Notes: generated by a model not told the origin, from the letters alone. A DNA stretch of 50,689 nt from Syntrophaceae bacterium UBA4767 (GCA_002403385.1 DHHR01000035.1:15795-66483), one strand, 5' to 3'; shown: positions 29,920 to 41,202, numbered from the stretch's first letter. Numbers and translations are program-made.

Positions 29920-32397
29920 TCAACCCGTCCTCGCCAGTTCCAGCCTTCCCTGCCATCGTTTTAAAAGGACCTTGCGAAGCAGAGCATTTTCCTGGTTTTC
30001 CAACAGGGAATCGCTCTCGACAAGTGAAAGAGCGTCCGCCCTGGCAGCTGCAAGTATTTCGGCATCCCTTGCGATATGGGCAATCCTGAAGTCGGGAAGG
30101 CCGGCCTGGCGCAATCCCATGAGTTCACCCGGCCCCCTGATGGCAAGATCAGCTTCGGCGATCTTAAATCCATCATTGGTTTGTTCCATGATTTGGAGCC
30201 TTTTACGGGCATCATCTGATCTGTTTCGCTGAGCCATTAAAATACAATAAGATGAAATTTGGCTTCTCCCTACCCTCCCCCTTAATTGGTGCAGTTGCGA
30301 TAAACCGAATCTTTCCGCATGCTCGATTACGATAAGCGAAGCTTCGGGAATATCAATTCCTACTTCAATAACTGTGGTGGAAACAAGGACATCAAGTTTT
30401 TTCGCCAGAAAATCTCTCATAAGAGCCTCTTTTTGTTTGCCTTTTAACTTTCCGTGAATAAGACCCACCCGGTATTCAGGAAGAACGTCTCTCTGTAAAT
30501 GTTCAGCCATCCTTGTGGCATCCAGAAGGTCAAGAGTCTCTGATTCTTCGATGAGCGGATAGACAATAAAAGCCTGGTGGCCTTTCTTCAGCTCCACCCG
30601 TATAGCGTCATATACCTGCTGCCGTTGAGTCTCAAAAAATATCTTCGTTTTGATGCTCTTTTTCCCTGGAGGCATTTCATCAATGACCGAAACATCCAGG
30701 TCTCCATAAACAGTCATGGCAAGTGTCCTGGGGATGGGAGTGGCTGTCATAACGAGAACATCCGGGTTTACTCCTTTTTCTCGAAGTTGCGCCCTCTGTG
30801 CGACGCCAAAGCGGTGCTGCTCATCGATAATCACAAGCCCGAGATTCCGGAAGATGACCGCCTCCTGAATAAGCGCATGAGTGCCAATAATGATATGCGC
30901 CTTGCCTTCTTTTATTTCCTCATAGATGTTTTTTCTTTCCGCGGCTTTTTTACTGGAGGTCAGGAGCACAACCTGAAGTCCCAGGGAATCGGACCATGAT
31001 TTAATATTGTTGAAATGCTGCTCTGCCAGAATTTCTGTAGGCGCCATAATGGCTGCCTGATAAAGGTTCTCGCACGCCGTAATCATGGCTGCCATTGAAA
31101 CTACGGTCTTCCCGCATCCGACGTCTCCTTGGAGGAGCCTGTTCATGCTGTGTTTCTTTGCCATATCGGATTCAATTTCGCCAATTACCCTTTCCTGCGC
31201 TTTGGTAAGACGGAAAGGAAGATTTTTGTAAAATTGTTTGAGCAGAGGGCCCTGCGTTTTAAAGGAAATGCCTTCGTTGAGAAGTTTGCCGCTTTTTTTA
31301 AGAGCCATGCCCAGTTGAAAAAAGAAAAACTCGTCATATATGAGCCTTCTGTGAGCAGGAGACCTCATCTCATTGTAAAGTTCGATATCCTGTGTCGAAT
31401 CGGGGAAGTGAAGATTTCGCATAGACTCATAAAAATCACTAAGGCGCCGTTTTCTGCATAATTCGTCAGGTATAGGACTTAAAAAGTATGGAGAATATTC
31501 GTTGACGGCGTGCATCATTATACGTCTCAATACCTTTTGATTGAGCCCTTCTGTCTCTGAATAAATGGGCACAATTCGTTTAAAGTGAAGGGAATCGTCT
31601 TTTTCATCCCCTAATATTTCAAAGTCCGGATGGAGTATCTCTTTTTCAAAAAGATAGCTCTTAACCTCACCGGTCAGGATGAGGCGCGTCCCTTTTTTGA
31701 AGTTCCTTCTCAGATAGGCAAAATTACCTCTAAACCATTTGGCCGTCAGCAGATCCCGGCCATCGGTTATTTTAACCTCGAGTATCTTTGCCCTTCCGTA
31801 ACTCCTGATTTGTGAGTCGCCCACGACACCCATCAGAGTTTCTTTCCGACCGGGCAAGGCTTCTTTGATCGTCTTGACCAGACGTCTATCTTCATATTGT
31901 CTTGGCAGGAAATAGAGCAACTCTTCCACGTTGTTGATCCCCTTTCTTGCCAGCAGATTCGCGATCTTAGGGCCGACGCCTTTTACGAATTGGACGGAAA
32001 CGGATAGTTTTTCAAAACAAGTTTCCGCATCCGGAATATCTTGAGTTGCAGCAGGTGGGGCGGTTTTTGTCTTTATTTGCTGGAAATTGCTGTGATTAAC
32101 CAGATTTTTAAGTTCATCCCATGTGGAAAGGGCGTTCTTTAAACGTATTTTTTTCTCATCCGCCGGCAGACAATCGAAATTTAAAAAAAAATCTTTTATC
32201 TCGGCAATTTTTATTCCGATTCTCTGTTTATCGCCTTCCGAAAGAGCCGATCTTGCCAGATATTCTGACAGCTCATGCAGATAACGGTGGATTGCCGATT
32301 CCAGGCTTTTGATCGTTTTCAAATGTGAGTAATTGTTTTTGGTGGAAAAAACCAAAGGAGCTTCAATTTTCGATATAATCTCTTCAAGAGTTGTCAT
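29920..32397 (-). CDS. recG: ATP-dependent DNA helicase RecG
   Basis: QGDVGCGKT, DEQHRFG, MTATPIPR, QLRGRVGR, DL.IRGPGE. Confidence 0.97.
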   Translation of the reverse strand: MTTLEEIISKIEAPLVFSTKNNYSHLKTIKSLESAIHRYLHELSEYLARSALSEGDKQRIGIKIAEIKDFFLNFDCLPADEKKIRLKNALSTWDELKNLVNHSNFQQIKTKTAPPAATQDIPDAETCFEKLSVSVQFVKGVGPKIANLLARKGINNVEELLYFLPRQYEDRRLVKTIKEALPGRKETLMGVVGDSQIRSYGRAKILEVKITDGRDLLTAKWFRGNFAYLRRNFKKGTRLILTGEVKSYLFEKEILHPDFEILGDEKDDSLHFKRIVPIYSETEGLNQKVLRRIMMHAVNEYSPYFLSPIPDELCRKRRLSDFYESMRNLHFPDSTQDIELYNEMRSPAHRRLIYDEFFFFQLGMALKKSGKLLNEGISFKTQGPLLKQFYKNLPFRLTKAQERVIGEIESDMAKKHSMNRLLQGDVGCGKTVVSMAAMITACENLYQAAIMAPTEILAEQHFNNIKSWSDSLGLQVVLLTSSKKAAERKNIYEEIKEGKAHIIIGTHALIQEAVIFRNLGLVIIDEQHRFGVAQRAQLREKGVNPDVLVMTATPIPRTLAMTVYGDLDVSVIDEMPPGKKSIKTKIFFETQRQQVYDAIRVELKKGHQAFIVYPLIEESETLDLLDATRMAEHLQRDVLPEYRVGLIHGKLKGKQKEALMRDFLAKKLDVLVSTTVIEVGIDIPEASLIVIEHAERFGLSQLHQLRGRVGRSQISSYCILMAQRNRSDDARKRLQIMEQTNDGFKIAEADLAIRGPGELMGLRQAGLPDFRIAHIARDAEILAAARADALSLVESDSLLENQENALLRKVLLKRWQGRLELARTG

Positions 32398-32550
32398 TTA
32401 TTCTCATGAAATAAAAGCGACAGAAAAGATGTTCTGTTGCTAACAGATGTTCGCGTTTTTAGCAAGTCAAGATTTGACATTCAAAAGTAATTAAGTTAAG
32501 TATAGCGCCAAAATTAAGCGCCTTGATATCGACTTTCCCGCACTGTATTT

Positions 32551-32719
32551 GAGACCTTTGAACTTGTGATTAAATCGCCTTGCCGTCATTCCGTGCTTGA
32601 CTTGAGCCTGCCCCGTACTCGATACGGGGGAATCCAGTGTTTTCAAGCCGTTATAGATTCCGCCCTTTCATCGGGGTGACGCGTCGGAATGACGTGAGGG
32701 GCTGTTTTTCAAAGGTCTG
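32551..32719 (-). mobile_element. MITE family A, inverted (169 bp), TSD TATTT
   Basis: Reverse complement of the 20269 copy with small deletions. Confidence 0.9.
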
Positions 32720-32744
32720 TATTTTAGTTTGGAGGGCTGTTGTC

Positions 32745-33788
32745 ATGCAGGAAAATTTTCATTACAAAAGCGCAGGTGTAGATATTGATAAGTCCAATTT
32801 GTTTATAGAAAAGATCAAGCCGCTGCTTAAGAAAACCTTCCGCAAGGAAGTGACTCATAACATTGGCGGTTTTGGAGGTTTGTTTCATCTGGATCTCGGA
32901 AAGATCAAAAATCCCATCTTGGTATCATCTACGGACGGCGTCGGGACCAAGCTGAAAATTGCCCAGATGATGGGCATACACGATACCATCGGGATCGATC
33001 TGGTGGCAATGTCTGTCAATGATGTTGTTGTTCAAGGGGCGGAACCTCTTTTCTTTTTGGACTATTATGCAGCAGGAAAAATCGATGTCGCCAAGAGTGA
33101 ACAGATCATGGAAGGCATTGTAAAGGGATGCCTTGAGGCAGGCTGCGCCCTTATCGGCGGGGAAACGGCGGAAATGCCGGGTCTTTATAAAGAAGATGAA
33201 TATGATCTTGCCGGATTTTGCGTGGGCATTGTCGATTCTGACAAACTTATCGATGGCTCTGAAATCGGTGTTGGAGACCGAATTATTGGAATCGCCTCGA
33301 ACGGACTACATAGCAACGGCTACTCTTTAGCGCGGAAAGTGTTGTTTAAAGACAACAACGTTAATTTTCGTGACCGATTTGATGGGATTGATTGTGATAT
33401 TGGTTCGGAGCTGCTCCGACCGACAAAAATTTATGTAAAGCCCATCTTGAATCTGCTGAAAAACTTTGTTCTTAAGGGTATTGTCCACATCACGGGAGGC
33501 GGTTTCATCGATAATTTGCCGCGTATAGTTCCCGAGCCATGCCAGGCTAAGATTGCAAAAAACAGCTGGGAAATTCCGCCTGTTATGGCTTTGATCCAAA
33601 AAAAAGGCAACATCGAAGAAGCGGAGATGTTCAGGGTATTCAATATGGGAATCGGCATGATGCTGGTGGTTCATGAAAAGGACGCCTCCGAAGTTGTAGA
33701 GAGATTGAAGCACATGGGACAGCAGGCTTACCTGATAGGACATATTGAAAAAAGGGACGCAAATCAAGCTCCTGTCATATTTGTCTAA
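32745..33788 (+). CDS. purM: AIR synthetase
   Basis: YKSAGVDI, GGFGG, TDGVGTK, GGETAEMPG, HITGGG; start at ATG 32745 after GGAGG. Confidence 0.97.
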   Translation: MQENFHYKSAGVDIDKSNLFIEKIKPLLKKTFRKEVTHNIGGFGGLFHLDLGKIKNPILVSSTDGVGTKLKIAQMMGIHDTIGIDLVAMSVNDVVVQGAEPLFFLDYYAAGKIDVAKSEQIMEGIVKGCLEAGCALIGGETAEMPGLYKEDEYDLAGFCVGIVDSDKLIDGSEIGVGDRIIGIASNGLHSNGYSLARKVLFKDNNVNFRDRFDGIDCDIGSELLRPTKIYVKPILNLLKNFVLKGIVHITGGGFIDNLPRIVPEPCQAKIAKNSWEIPPVMALIQKKGNIEEAEMFRVFNMGIGMMLVVHEKDASEVVERLKHMGQQAYLIGHIEKRDANQAPVIFV

Positions 33789-33791
33789 TCT

Positions 33792-34454
33792 ATGGAAAAG
33801 AAATTAAACATCGGCGTTCTTGTCTCCGGCAGCGGCTCAAATCTGCAATCTATTATCGACCACATAGAAAAGGGGCTTCTTGATGCGGAGATTAAGATCG
33901 TGATCTCCAACAACCCTGATGCCTTTGCTCTGGAAAGGGCAAAAAAGCGCCATTTAAAAACGATGATTATCGATCACCGCGGTTTCGAAAGCAGAGAAGC
34001 CTTCGACAGGACAACGGCATCTGTTTTGAAAGAAAATAGTGTCGAGCTCGTTGCCATGGCAGGTTTCATGAGACTCCTTTCCCCTGTTTTTCTGGACGCC
34101 TTCCCCATGCGCATTATGAACATCCATCCCGCTTTATTGCCTTCATTTCCAGGGCTTGAGGCTCAGAAGAGGGCGCTTGAATACGGCGTGAAGTTTGCCG
34201 GCTGCACCGTCCATTTTGCCGATAAAGATGCGGATTCGGGCCCGATTATTATTCAATCTGTCGTGCCCGTTTTTGACGATGATACGGAAGAAACCTTAGC
34301 GGCAAGGATACTGCGCGAGGAGCATAAGATATACCCGCAGGCCATACAGTACTACGCCGAAGGCCGCATTGAGATCCACGGTCGGAAGGCGCACATAAAA
34401 AATGTATCACGCATCGAAGAAAAAGCTCTTCACAATCCACCAATAATCTTTTAA
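33792..34454 (+). CDS. purN: Phosphoribosylglycinamide formyltransferase
   Basis: SGSGSNLQ, AGFMR, NIHPALLP, GCTVH. Confidence 0.97.
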   Translation: MEKKLNIGVLVSGSGSNLQSIIDHIEKGLLDAEIKIVISNNPDAFALERAKKRHLKTMIIDHRGFESREAFDRTTASVLKENSVELVAMAGFMRLLSPVFLDAFPMRIMNIHPALLPSFPGLEAQKRALEYGVKFAGCTVHFADKDADSGPIIIQSVVPVFDDDTEETLAARILREEHKIYPQAIQYYAEGRIEIHGRKAHIKNVSRIEEKALHNPPIIF

Positions 34455-34499
34455 AAGAGGAAAACCATCAAGATGAACCATTCCTCATGGAGGCCGGAA

Positions 34500-36005
34500 A
34501 TGAAAATCCACGTAAAAAAGGGAACCCTGTCGGATATCAGCATCGAAGCGATTGCGCTCTTTCTGTTCGAAGATGACAAAGAAGTTGCGGGACAGGCAAA
34601 AATCATCGATGAACGCATCGGTGGGTTAATCACTGAAATCAAACATTGCGGTGATTTTGAAGGGAAAGCCCTTCAGACGGCTCTTCTTTACACGAAAGGA
34701 CTTCTGCCCACCGCCAGAATTATCCTCGTCGGTTTGGGAAAGCGTAAGGAATTCGATATGGAAAAGCTGAGGAATGCCTCCGCAAAAGCAGCGCAGCAAA
34801 TCCGCGATCTGAATCTTAAAAGATTCGCCGTATCCGTCCATATTGAAGAAACATCCTTTCCCTTGGACAGCTTGACGGAATCTCTTGTGGAGGGCATTTT
34901 CTTGGGCCTTTACCAATTTACACGCTTCAAAACACTCGAGCGCGATAAGATAAAAGAAGTAGATGAAGCTTTTATTGTGGAAGAGCGCGAAGAACGCCTG
35001 AAGATTATCAAGGCCGCTGCTAAATCAGCGGAAATCATATCAGGCGCCGTTTCATTTGTTAGAGATCTCGTTTCGACCCCCGCCAACGAAATGACGCCAG
35101 CTATTTTGGCCGACAGGGCGTGTGCTCTGGACGGCAAAAAGAATGTCAAGGTTAAAATTATGGATAAAACGCAGATAGAGGAAATGGGAATGAATTCTTT
35201 CCTCGGCGTTGCCAGGGGAAGTGATGAAGCGCCTAAATTTATCACTCTCGAATATGGTGGAGGCTCCCAGAAACAGCCTCACATTGCGCTTGTCGGAAAG
35301 GGCCTCACCTTCGACAGCGGCGGCATTTCCATCAAGCCTTCCGAAAAGATGGATGAGATGAAAACGGACATGGCCGGAGGGGCCGCCGTTTTAGGCGTGA
35401 TTCGCGCGGCTGCCGACCTCAATCTGCCGCTGAACATTGTTGGGCTGATCCCGGCTACGGAAAACCTCCCCGGCGGAAGGGCCTATAAGCCCGGTGATAT
35501 TTTGAAATCCATGTCAGGTCAAACCATCGAGGTGCTGAATACAGATGCCGAGGGGAGGCTGATTCTTGCCGATGCTCTCACCTACGCAGCCAGATACAAG
35601 CCATCCGCCATCATTGATCTGGCTACCCTGACCGGCGCCTGCATTATTGCCCTTGGCGATTATGTAATTGGAATGATGGGAACCGATGATACCTTGAAAA
35701 AACGCATTCAGGAAGCAGGAGAGGCCACAGGTGAAAAAGTCTGGGAACTCCCCCTGTGGGAAGAGTATCACGAACTCATCAAGAGCGATATTGCCGATTT
35801 CAAAAACTCCGGCGGCAGAGCCGCCGGAACGATAACAGCGGCTGTTTTTTTGAGCAAATTTGCAGGAGAATACCCTTGGGTGCATCTCGACATTGCAGGC
35901 CCCGCGCTTTACAAAAAGGATAAGCCTTATATCCCTAAAGGCGCCTCCGGCGTTGGAGTCCGCCTTCTTCTGCACGCGCTGAGAAATTGGCCCATAAATG
36001 GATAA
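34500..36005 (+). CDS. pepA: Leucyl aminopeptidase (M17)
   Basis: [31 protein letters not shown]. Confidence 0.96.
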   Translation: MKIHVKKGTLSDISIEAIALFLFEDDKEVAGQAKIIDERIGGLITEIKHCGDFEGKALQTALLYTKGLLPTARIILVGLGKRKEFDMEKLRNASAKAAQQIRDLNLKRFAVSVHIEETSFPLDSLTESLVEGIFLGLYQFTRFKTLERDKIKEVDEAFIVEEREERLKIIKAAAKSAEIISGAVSFVRDLVSTPANEMTPAILADRACALDGKKNVKVKIMDKTQIEEMGMNSFLGVARGSDEAPKFITLEYGGGSQKQPHIALVGKGLTFDSGGISIKPSEKMDEMKTDMAGGAAVLGVIRAAADLNLPLNIVGLIPATENLPGGRAYKPGDILKSMSGQTIEVLNTDAEGRLILADALTYAARYKPSAIIDLATLTGACIIALGDYVIGMMGTDDTLKKRIQEAGEATGEKVWELPLWEEYHELIKSDIADFKNSGGRAAGTITAAVFLSKFAGEYPWVHLDIAGPALYKKDKPYIPKGASGVGVRLLLHALRNWPING

Positions 36006-36999
36006 TCGCCCCCTCCTTGAAGTTAAGGACCTCAGAATGTATTTTGAAACATCTCTCGGCGCGGTTCGCGCCGTGGATGGGGTTTCTTTTACTATAAGAG
36101 AAGGAGATACCTTGGGTATTGTCGGCGAATCGGGGTGCGGGAAAACCGTTCTCGCCCTTTCCATCATACGTCTCGTTCCCACACCCCCGGGGAAATTTAT
36201 TTCCGGAAATATTTTGTTTGACACAACGGATATCCTTTCCCTTCCGGAAAAAGCCATGAGGAAAATCCGCGGCAAAGAAATATCCATGATTTTTCAGGAA
36301 CCCATGACTTCCCTGAATCCTGTTTTCAGGGTGGGACAACAAATTGCGGAAGTTATCAGGCTTCATCAGGGAAGCTCCAGGAAAGAAGCCCTTCAGCAGG
36401 CCATAGAGATGCTTCGTGTAGTAGGCATACCATCGCCGGAAAAGCGCTACAGGGATTATCCCCACCAAATGAGCGGCGGCATGCGGCAAAGGGTCATGAT
36501 TGCAATCGCGCTGGCCTGTAATCCAAGATTAATGCTGGCAGACGAGCCGACGACAGCTCTGGACGTAACCATTCAGGCGCAGATTCTCGATCTTATCAAC
36601 AGCCTCAAGAAAGAGCGTGGAACCTCTGTGATCTTAATCACGCATGATTTTGGCGTTGTAGCAGAGGCGGCGCAATTTGTCGCCGTGATGTACGCGGGCA
36701 GGATAGTGGAGTACGCCGCAGTTTCCGAGCTTTTCAGCAGACCATGCCATCCCTATACAGTAGGTTTAATGAACTCCATTCCTCAAATTGCCGCTGACGG
36801 CCGGCGTGAAGAATACCTGAAAGTGATTCCCGGCGTTGTTCCTGCGCTCTACAGTCTTCCTGCAGGCTGCTATTTTCATGATCGATGTTCGGAGATGATG
36901 GATATATGCAGGTCTAAAGAGCCTCCCACAAGAGAGGCATCTTGCGGCCACTATGTGACATGCTGGAAATATGACGGACTCGCAAAAAGTCGAATTTAA
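35998..36999 (+). CDS. oppD: Oligopeptide/dipeptide ABC ATPase (OppD/DppD)
   Basis: [25 protein letters not shown]-terminal Cys cluster; last 8 residues come from the MITE. Confidence 0.9.
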   Translation: MDNRPLLEVKDLRMYFETSLGAVRAVDGVSFTIREGDTLGIVGESGCGKTVLALSIIRLVPTPPGKFISGNILFDTTDILSLPEKAMRKIRGKEISMIFQEPMTSLNPVFRVGQQIAEVIRLHQGSSRKEALQQAIEMLRVVGIPSPEKRYRDYPHQMSGGMRQRVMIAIALACNPRLMLADEPTTALDVTIQAQILDLINSLKKERGTSVILITHDFGVVAEAAQFVAVMYAGRIVEYAAVSELFSRPCHPYTVGLMNSIPQIAADGRREEYLKVIPGVVPALYSLPAGCYFHDRCSEMMDICRSKEPPTREASCGHYVTCWKYDGLAKSRI

Positions 37000-37129
37000 T
37001 ATAGGCTGTTATGGTCAGCCCAAGTGTCATGGTGAGCTGTTTGCCGTGAGCTCGTCGAACGGTCGAACCATGACGAACCACCCTTCGGCAAGCTCAGGGT
37101 GACAATGGGAACTTTTTACGATTTTGTCA
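36972..37129. mobile_element. MITE family B copy (158 bp), TSD AATA, in the 3' end of oppD
   Basis: TGACGGACTCGCAAAAAGTC ... ACTTTTTACGATTTTGTCA; nested hairpin units. Confidence 0.85.
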
Positions 37130-37147
37130 AATATAGTTGAATCGACA

Positions 37148-38113
37148 ATGCAAAAAGTTTTGTTGGAAATCAGAGGACTGAAAAAATATTTTCATGTTCA
37201 AAGGAGTTTTTTATCTAAAAGCCGCGGGCCCATCAAGGCGGTGGACGGCGTCGATCTTGTAATCTATGAGAAGGAATCCCTGGGCCTCGTCGGGGAAAGC
37301 GGTTGCGGAAAATCGACCCTTGGCCGCTTGATGATAAACCTTGAAAAACCTACGGACGGCGCCGTTTACTTGGAGGGGAAGAACATCTCAAATTACTCCA
37401 GAGAAGAACTCCGGGCTTATCGTCGCAAGGTGCAGCTTATTTTCCAGGATCCCTATGCCTCACTTAATCCCAGAAGAAACATAAAAGATACCCTAGCGGA
37501 ACCGCTGGTAATTCACCGCTGCGCCGATCGGAAATCCAGAAAAGCCATTGTAACCGATACAATGAAGTCTGTCGGACTTGGCAAAGAACACATGGAGCGA
37601 TATCCCCATGAATTTAGCGGTGGACAAAGGCAGCGGATTGGCATAGCAAGAGCTTTGATTTTGAATCCTCAACTGATTATCGCCGACGAACCTGTCTCGT
37701 CGCTTGATGTTTCTCTCCAGGCGCAAATCCTCAATCTTCTCAAATCGCTTCAAAAACAATACAATTTAACATTTCTGCTCATCAGTCATGACCTCGGTGT
37801 TGTTTATCACATGTGTGAACGAATTGCCGTCATGTATATGGGTAAGATCGTCGAGCTCGCAGGAAACGCTGACCTTTATAAAGAACCTCTTCACCCCTAC
37901 ACAAAGTTACTCTTCTCTTCAGCGCCAACGTTAGACCCAGAAAAAAAAAAGAAAAGAATGGTCATTGCTGGAGATATTGCCACTTCCCCTCATCCGCCAA
38001 TGGGATGCGCATTTTATTCCAGATGCCCTTATAGAGCAAATATCTGCGATAAAATACAACCCATGCTGAAAACATCGAAGGAAGGACACATGGTTGCCTG
38101 TCACTTAATCTGA
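37148..38113 (+). CDS. oppF: Oligopeptide/dipeptide ABC ATPase (OppF/DppF)
   Basis: GESGCGKS, FSGGQRQR, DEPVSSLD, VACH. Confidence 0.9.
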   Translation: MQKVLLEIRGLKKYFHVQRSFLSKSRGPIKAVDGVDLVIYEKESLGLVGESGCGKSTLGRLMINLEKPTDGAVYLEGKNISNYSREELRAYRRKVQLIFQDPYASLNPRRNIKDTLAEPLVIHRCADRKSRKAIVTDTMKSVGLGKEHMERYPHEFSGGQRQRIGIARALILNPQLIIADEPVSSLDVSLQAQILNLLKSLQKQYNLTFLLISHDLGVVYHMCERIAVMYMGKIVELAGNADLYKEPLHPYTKLLFSSAPTLDPEKKKKRMVIAGDIATSPHPPMGCAFYSRCPYRANICDKIQPMLKTSKEGHMVACHLI

Positions 38114-38133
38114 GTGAACGGAGGGTAATAGAT

Positions 38134-38745
38134 ATGCTTAAAGAGACATCCATTTGTTTTGCCGGCAGTGATGGTCTTAAGATCAAAGGCCTTTACGCAG
38201 AAAACGCGGGGAAAAGGGCTGCCGTCATTACGCATCCCCATCCGCTAATGGGCGGCGATATGTGGAATAATGTCGTCGAGACGATGACAACAGCCTTTTA
38301 TGAAAGTGGCTTTTCCACCCTGCGGTTCAATTTTCGGGGAGTCGGCGAAAGCGAGGGTTTTTATGACAACGGCATAGGAGAACAGAAGGATCTTCTCGGA
38401 GCATTGAATTTTCTTAAAGAAAAGGGGAAAGAAAAAATTATGGCGGGAGGCTATTCGTTCGGCGCCTGGATCATCTCAAAATTACTGGCAGTTGAAAAGC
38501 CGTTTTACGAAGTAATTTTCGTTTCGCCGCCTGTTGGTCTTCTCGATTTTGATTTTCATGCGCTGAAAGATAATATAGACCTCATCATCTGCGGTGATTG
38601 CGATCCGTTCTGTTCCACAGACGCGGTAAAACGCATGTCAGAACGCTCAAATGCCCGTTTGGAAATCATGCCGGGGACGGATCATTTCTATTTTGGCAGG
38701 GAATCCCTCCTTAAAAATCACCTGAAGCGATACCTTTGCGTCTAA
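38134..38745 (+). CDS. Alpha/beta fold hydrolase
   Basis: HPHPLMGG, RFNFRGVGES, GYSFG nucleophile, HF. Confidence 0.88.
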   Translation: MLKETSICFAGSDGLKIKGLYAENAGKRAAVITHPHPLMGGDMWNNVVETMTTAFYESGFSTLRFNFRGVGESEGFYDNGIGEQKDLLGALNFLKEKGKEKIMAGGYSFGAWIISKLLAVEKPFYEVIFVSPPVGLLDFDFHALKDNIDLIICGDCDPFCSTDAVKRMSERSNARLEIMPGTDHFYFGRESLLKNHLKRYLCV

Positions 38746-38752
38746 AGCCGGA

Positions 38753-40120
38753 CTAGGAAGCCGTCTGGTTCATAACTGTAGCCGTTAGCTCAGAAATATC
38801 CCTCAAATTCTCCAGCGATTCGACCAGCGCTAAAGAGCGTTCCACATCCTCCGCCGAAAGCAGGATGCGGGCGCACTGCCTGTATTTTCCGGTAAGCTCC
38901 TCACGGCTTAGGGGCCGCTGCGGAAAGCCTTTGAGTATTTCATCGCTGCGCTTATAGAATTCACGCCCATCCTTCATCTTGATTGTCATTTCTATTAACG
39001 AAAGACCAGGCTGGGAGGGATCGAGATGCCTGCGTATCTTCTTCATAATCTCCCGCACCTGAGGTTGGTTCACGCTTTTATCGGTAAAATCCTCCAGAGC
39101 AACCTTTCCGTCATACAGCGCTCTCGCAATGCAATATTCAACACTGAACTTTCCCTCAAGGCCTGTTTTCGGCTCTGTATAGAAGGCCACCGTGGCAATA
39201 AGCTCGCTGATGACACAATCTATGCTCTCTACATCTTGAGGCTCAATCCCATGCTCCAACCTCAGATCCAGGACGGTGTGGATGCACGCATGAGTTTCAT
39301 GGCAACTAGGAAACAGCTTGAAAGCTATGCCGGAAGTAGTGATTTCGTATGTTTCCCCCAGTCCGCTGACAATACTGCCCAGCTCGCAGGGGTTGTCTCC
39401 CTTGAAAACATTACAGAAGCCAAGTTTCTCCTCGATAATATCCGCATGTGCGGTGAATCCCAACTTCGCCAGCATCGCCGCTACAACTCCGTTTCTGGCG
39501 GCATGACCGGCATGGAAAGGCTTGGTCATGGTGCCGAAGTTCTGTCTTACTCCGGAAACCTGGGAGGCGGCAATGCCCAGCGCCATCCTTGTTTGATTCA
39601 GATCCAGCTTCAGCATATGGGCGCTTGCCGCTGCGGCCCCCATAGCGCCCAGAGTGGCGGTAGCGTGCCAGCCCCGCCCGTAGTGCCCGCTGGGGATGAC
39701 AGCCAAGCCCAGCTTTGATTCAACCTCAAAGCCGACGATGTAGGCTTCGATGACATCCTTTCCAGAGGCCTTGCACTGTTCACCCAGGGCCAAAATAGCC
39801 GGCAATACAGGCACGGAAGGATGACCGAGGATGGCAAAGCCGCTGTCATCGAAATCCTCGGCATGCCCCATGGTGCCATTGGCCAAAGCGGCCCAGGGAG
39901 CCGATGTGCGGAATCCACCCCCAACTACGGTGGACACGGGATTCCCACCTACATCACGAACGAATCTTGTCATGATTTTCCCTTCATCTGTTGCCGCTCC
40001 GGCAAGCATGACTCCCAAACAATCAAGAATCGCGTCCTTGGCAATCTTGACCGCTTGGGAAGGCATTTTCTGAATTGTAGTATTGACAATGAAATCCGCC
40101 ACCTGCTCTGTGATTCCCAT
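38753..40120 (-). CDS. MmgE/PrpD family protein
   Basis: NGTMGHAEDFDD, GHPS, GWH.T, KPFHAG. Confidence 0.92.
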   Translation of the reverse strand: MGITEQVADFIVNTTIQKMPSQAVKIAKDAILDCLGVMLAGAATDEGKIMTRFVRDVGGNPVSTVVGGGFRTSAPWAALANGTMGHAEDFDDSGFAILGHPSVPVLPAILALGEQCKASGKDVIEAYIVGFEVESKLGLAVIPSGHYGRGWHATATLGAMGAAAASAHMLKLDLNQTRMALGIAASQVSGVRQNFGTMTKPFHAGHAARNGVVAAMLAKLGFTAHADIIEEKLGFCNVFKGDNPCELGSIVSGLGETYEITTSGIAFKLFPSCHETHACIHTVLDLRLEHGIEPQDVESIDCVISELIATVAFYTEPKTGLEGKFSVEYCIARALYDGKVALEDFTDKSVNQPQVREIMKKIRRHLDPSQPGLSLIEMTIKMKDGREFYKRSDEILKGFPQRPLSREELTGKYRQCARILLSAEDVERSLALVESLENLRDISELTATVMNQTAS

Positions 40121-40161
40121 AGCCGCCTCCCTCCCATTTATAGTAAACGACTTTAGAAGTT

Positions 40162-40212
40162 GTCATGGCGCCATGCCCTGTCACCCTGAGCTTGTCGAAG
40201 GGTCGAAGGGTG
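40162..40212. repeat. Family B REP-like core units without TIRs
   Basis: GTCACCCTGAGCTTGTCGAAGGGTCGAAGGG. Confidence 0.7.
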
Positions 40213-40344
40213 GCTGCTTATGTCGTTCACCATAGTTTTAATTTATTTAAGATATCGGCTGGACAATAGTTTCGGCCTCAAATTCTCTTGGCCTACAGCG
40301 CTATTGAAATTGATAAGCCCCCTCTGCTCGGTGAATTATTATAC

Positions 40345-40517
40345 GAAACCTTTGAAAAATGGCCCCTCACGTCATTCCGACGCGTCACCCCGATGAAAAT
40401 CGGGGCGGAATCTATAACGGCTTAAAAACACTGGATTCCCCCGTATCGAGTATGGGGCAGGCTCAAGTCAAGCACGGAATGACGGCAAGGCGATTTAATC
40501 ACAAATTTAAAGGTCTC
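40345..40517 (+). mobile_element. MITE family A (173 bp), TSD TATAC
   Basis: GAAACCTTTGAA...TTTAAAGGTCTC; near-identical interior. Confidence 0.92.
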
Positions 40518-40576
40518 TATACAAAACATGTTTCTTGTGTGTCAAGATAATTTGGGCCACAAGAAAGATATAGGGG

Positions 40577-40620
40577 ATCCTTGACAAAAGGCATCTGAAA
40601 CAATGCCTTTTGTCAAGGAT
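40577..40620. repeat. Perfect 18-bp inverted repeat with 8-nt spacer
   Basis: ATCCTTGACAAAAGGCAT-CTGAAACA-ATGCCTTTTGTCAAGGAT. Confidence 0.8.
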
Positions 40621-40862
40621 AAAATTTTTGAAGAAAAAGAATAAAATTTTCTTGCTTTCGAAAATAATTGGTGCTATTAGTTCCCGCAACACTGTTGATC
40701 AGTCATCTACCATCTACACTGGATCGGCAGACCGGGGAAAATTTGAGTATCGTTGTTTATGTTTCTAAAAAGTAGTAGCCACATTCAGCTTCAAAGTTTT
40801 TTTAAGCTGGAAGGTGGTTTTTTTTATTCAATAAAGCGTTTTTTTGAAAGGAGGGCATTTTT

Positions 40863-41066
40863 GTGCCAGAAGGAAAAGTAAAGTGGTTTAATGAAAAGAA
40901 GGGTTTTGGTTTCATCGAAACTGACGAAGGCGGCGATGTGTTTGTTCATTACAGCGCCATTCAGGGCTCCGGCTTTAAAACCTTGTACGAAGGTCAGAGA
41001 ATCCGCTTTGATATCGAACAAGGCAACAAAGGTCCATCAGCCGTAAATGTAGTGCCCCTGTCCTAA
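40863..41066 (+). CDS. Cold-shock domain protein
   Basis: [24 protein letters not shown]; GTG start after GGAGG. Confidence 0.96.
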   Translation: MPEGKVKWFNEKKGFGFIETDEGGDVFVHYSAIQGSGFKTLYEGQRIRFDIEQGNKGPSAVNVVPLS

Positions 41067-41202
41067 GGGTATCGATGAATAATTACCCATAGATTTCCCA
41101 TAGATGCCACGGTAAAATAAAAAATGTATTAGCGGGACATCCAAGAGAGCTTGTGTTTTATCTCATCATTCATGGTTATCCCAAAGGAAATCAGAATTCA
41201 TA

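Noticed and set aside
35514-39718. Long antisense ORFs (35514-36287, 39026-39718 and similar)
   Set aside because: They shadow well-supported genes on the opposite strand and show no motifs
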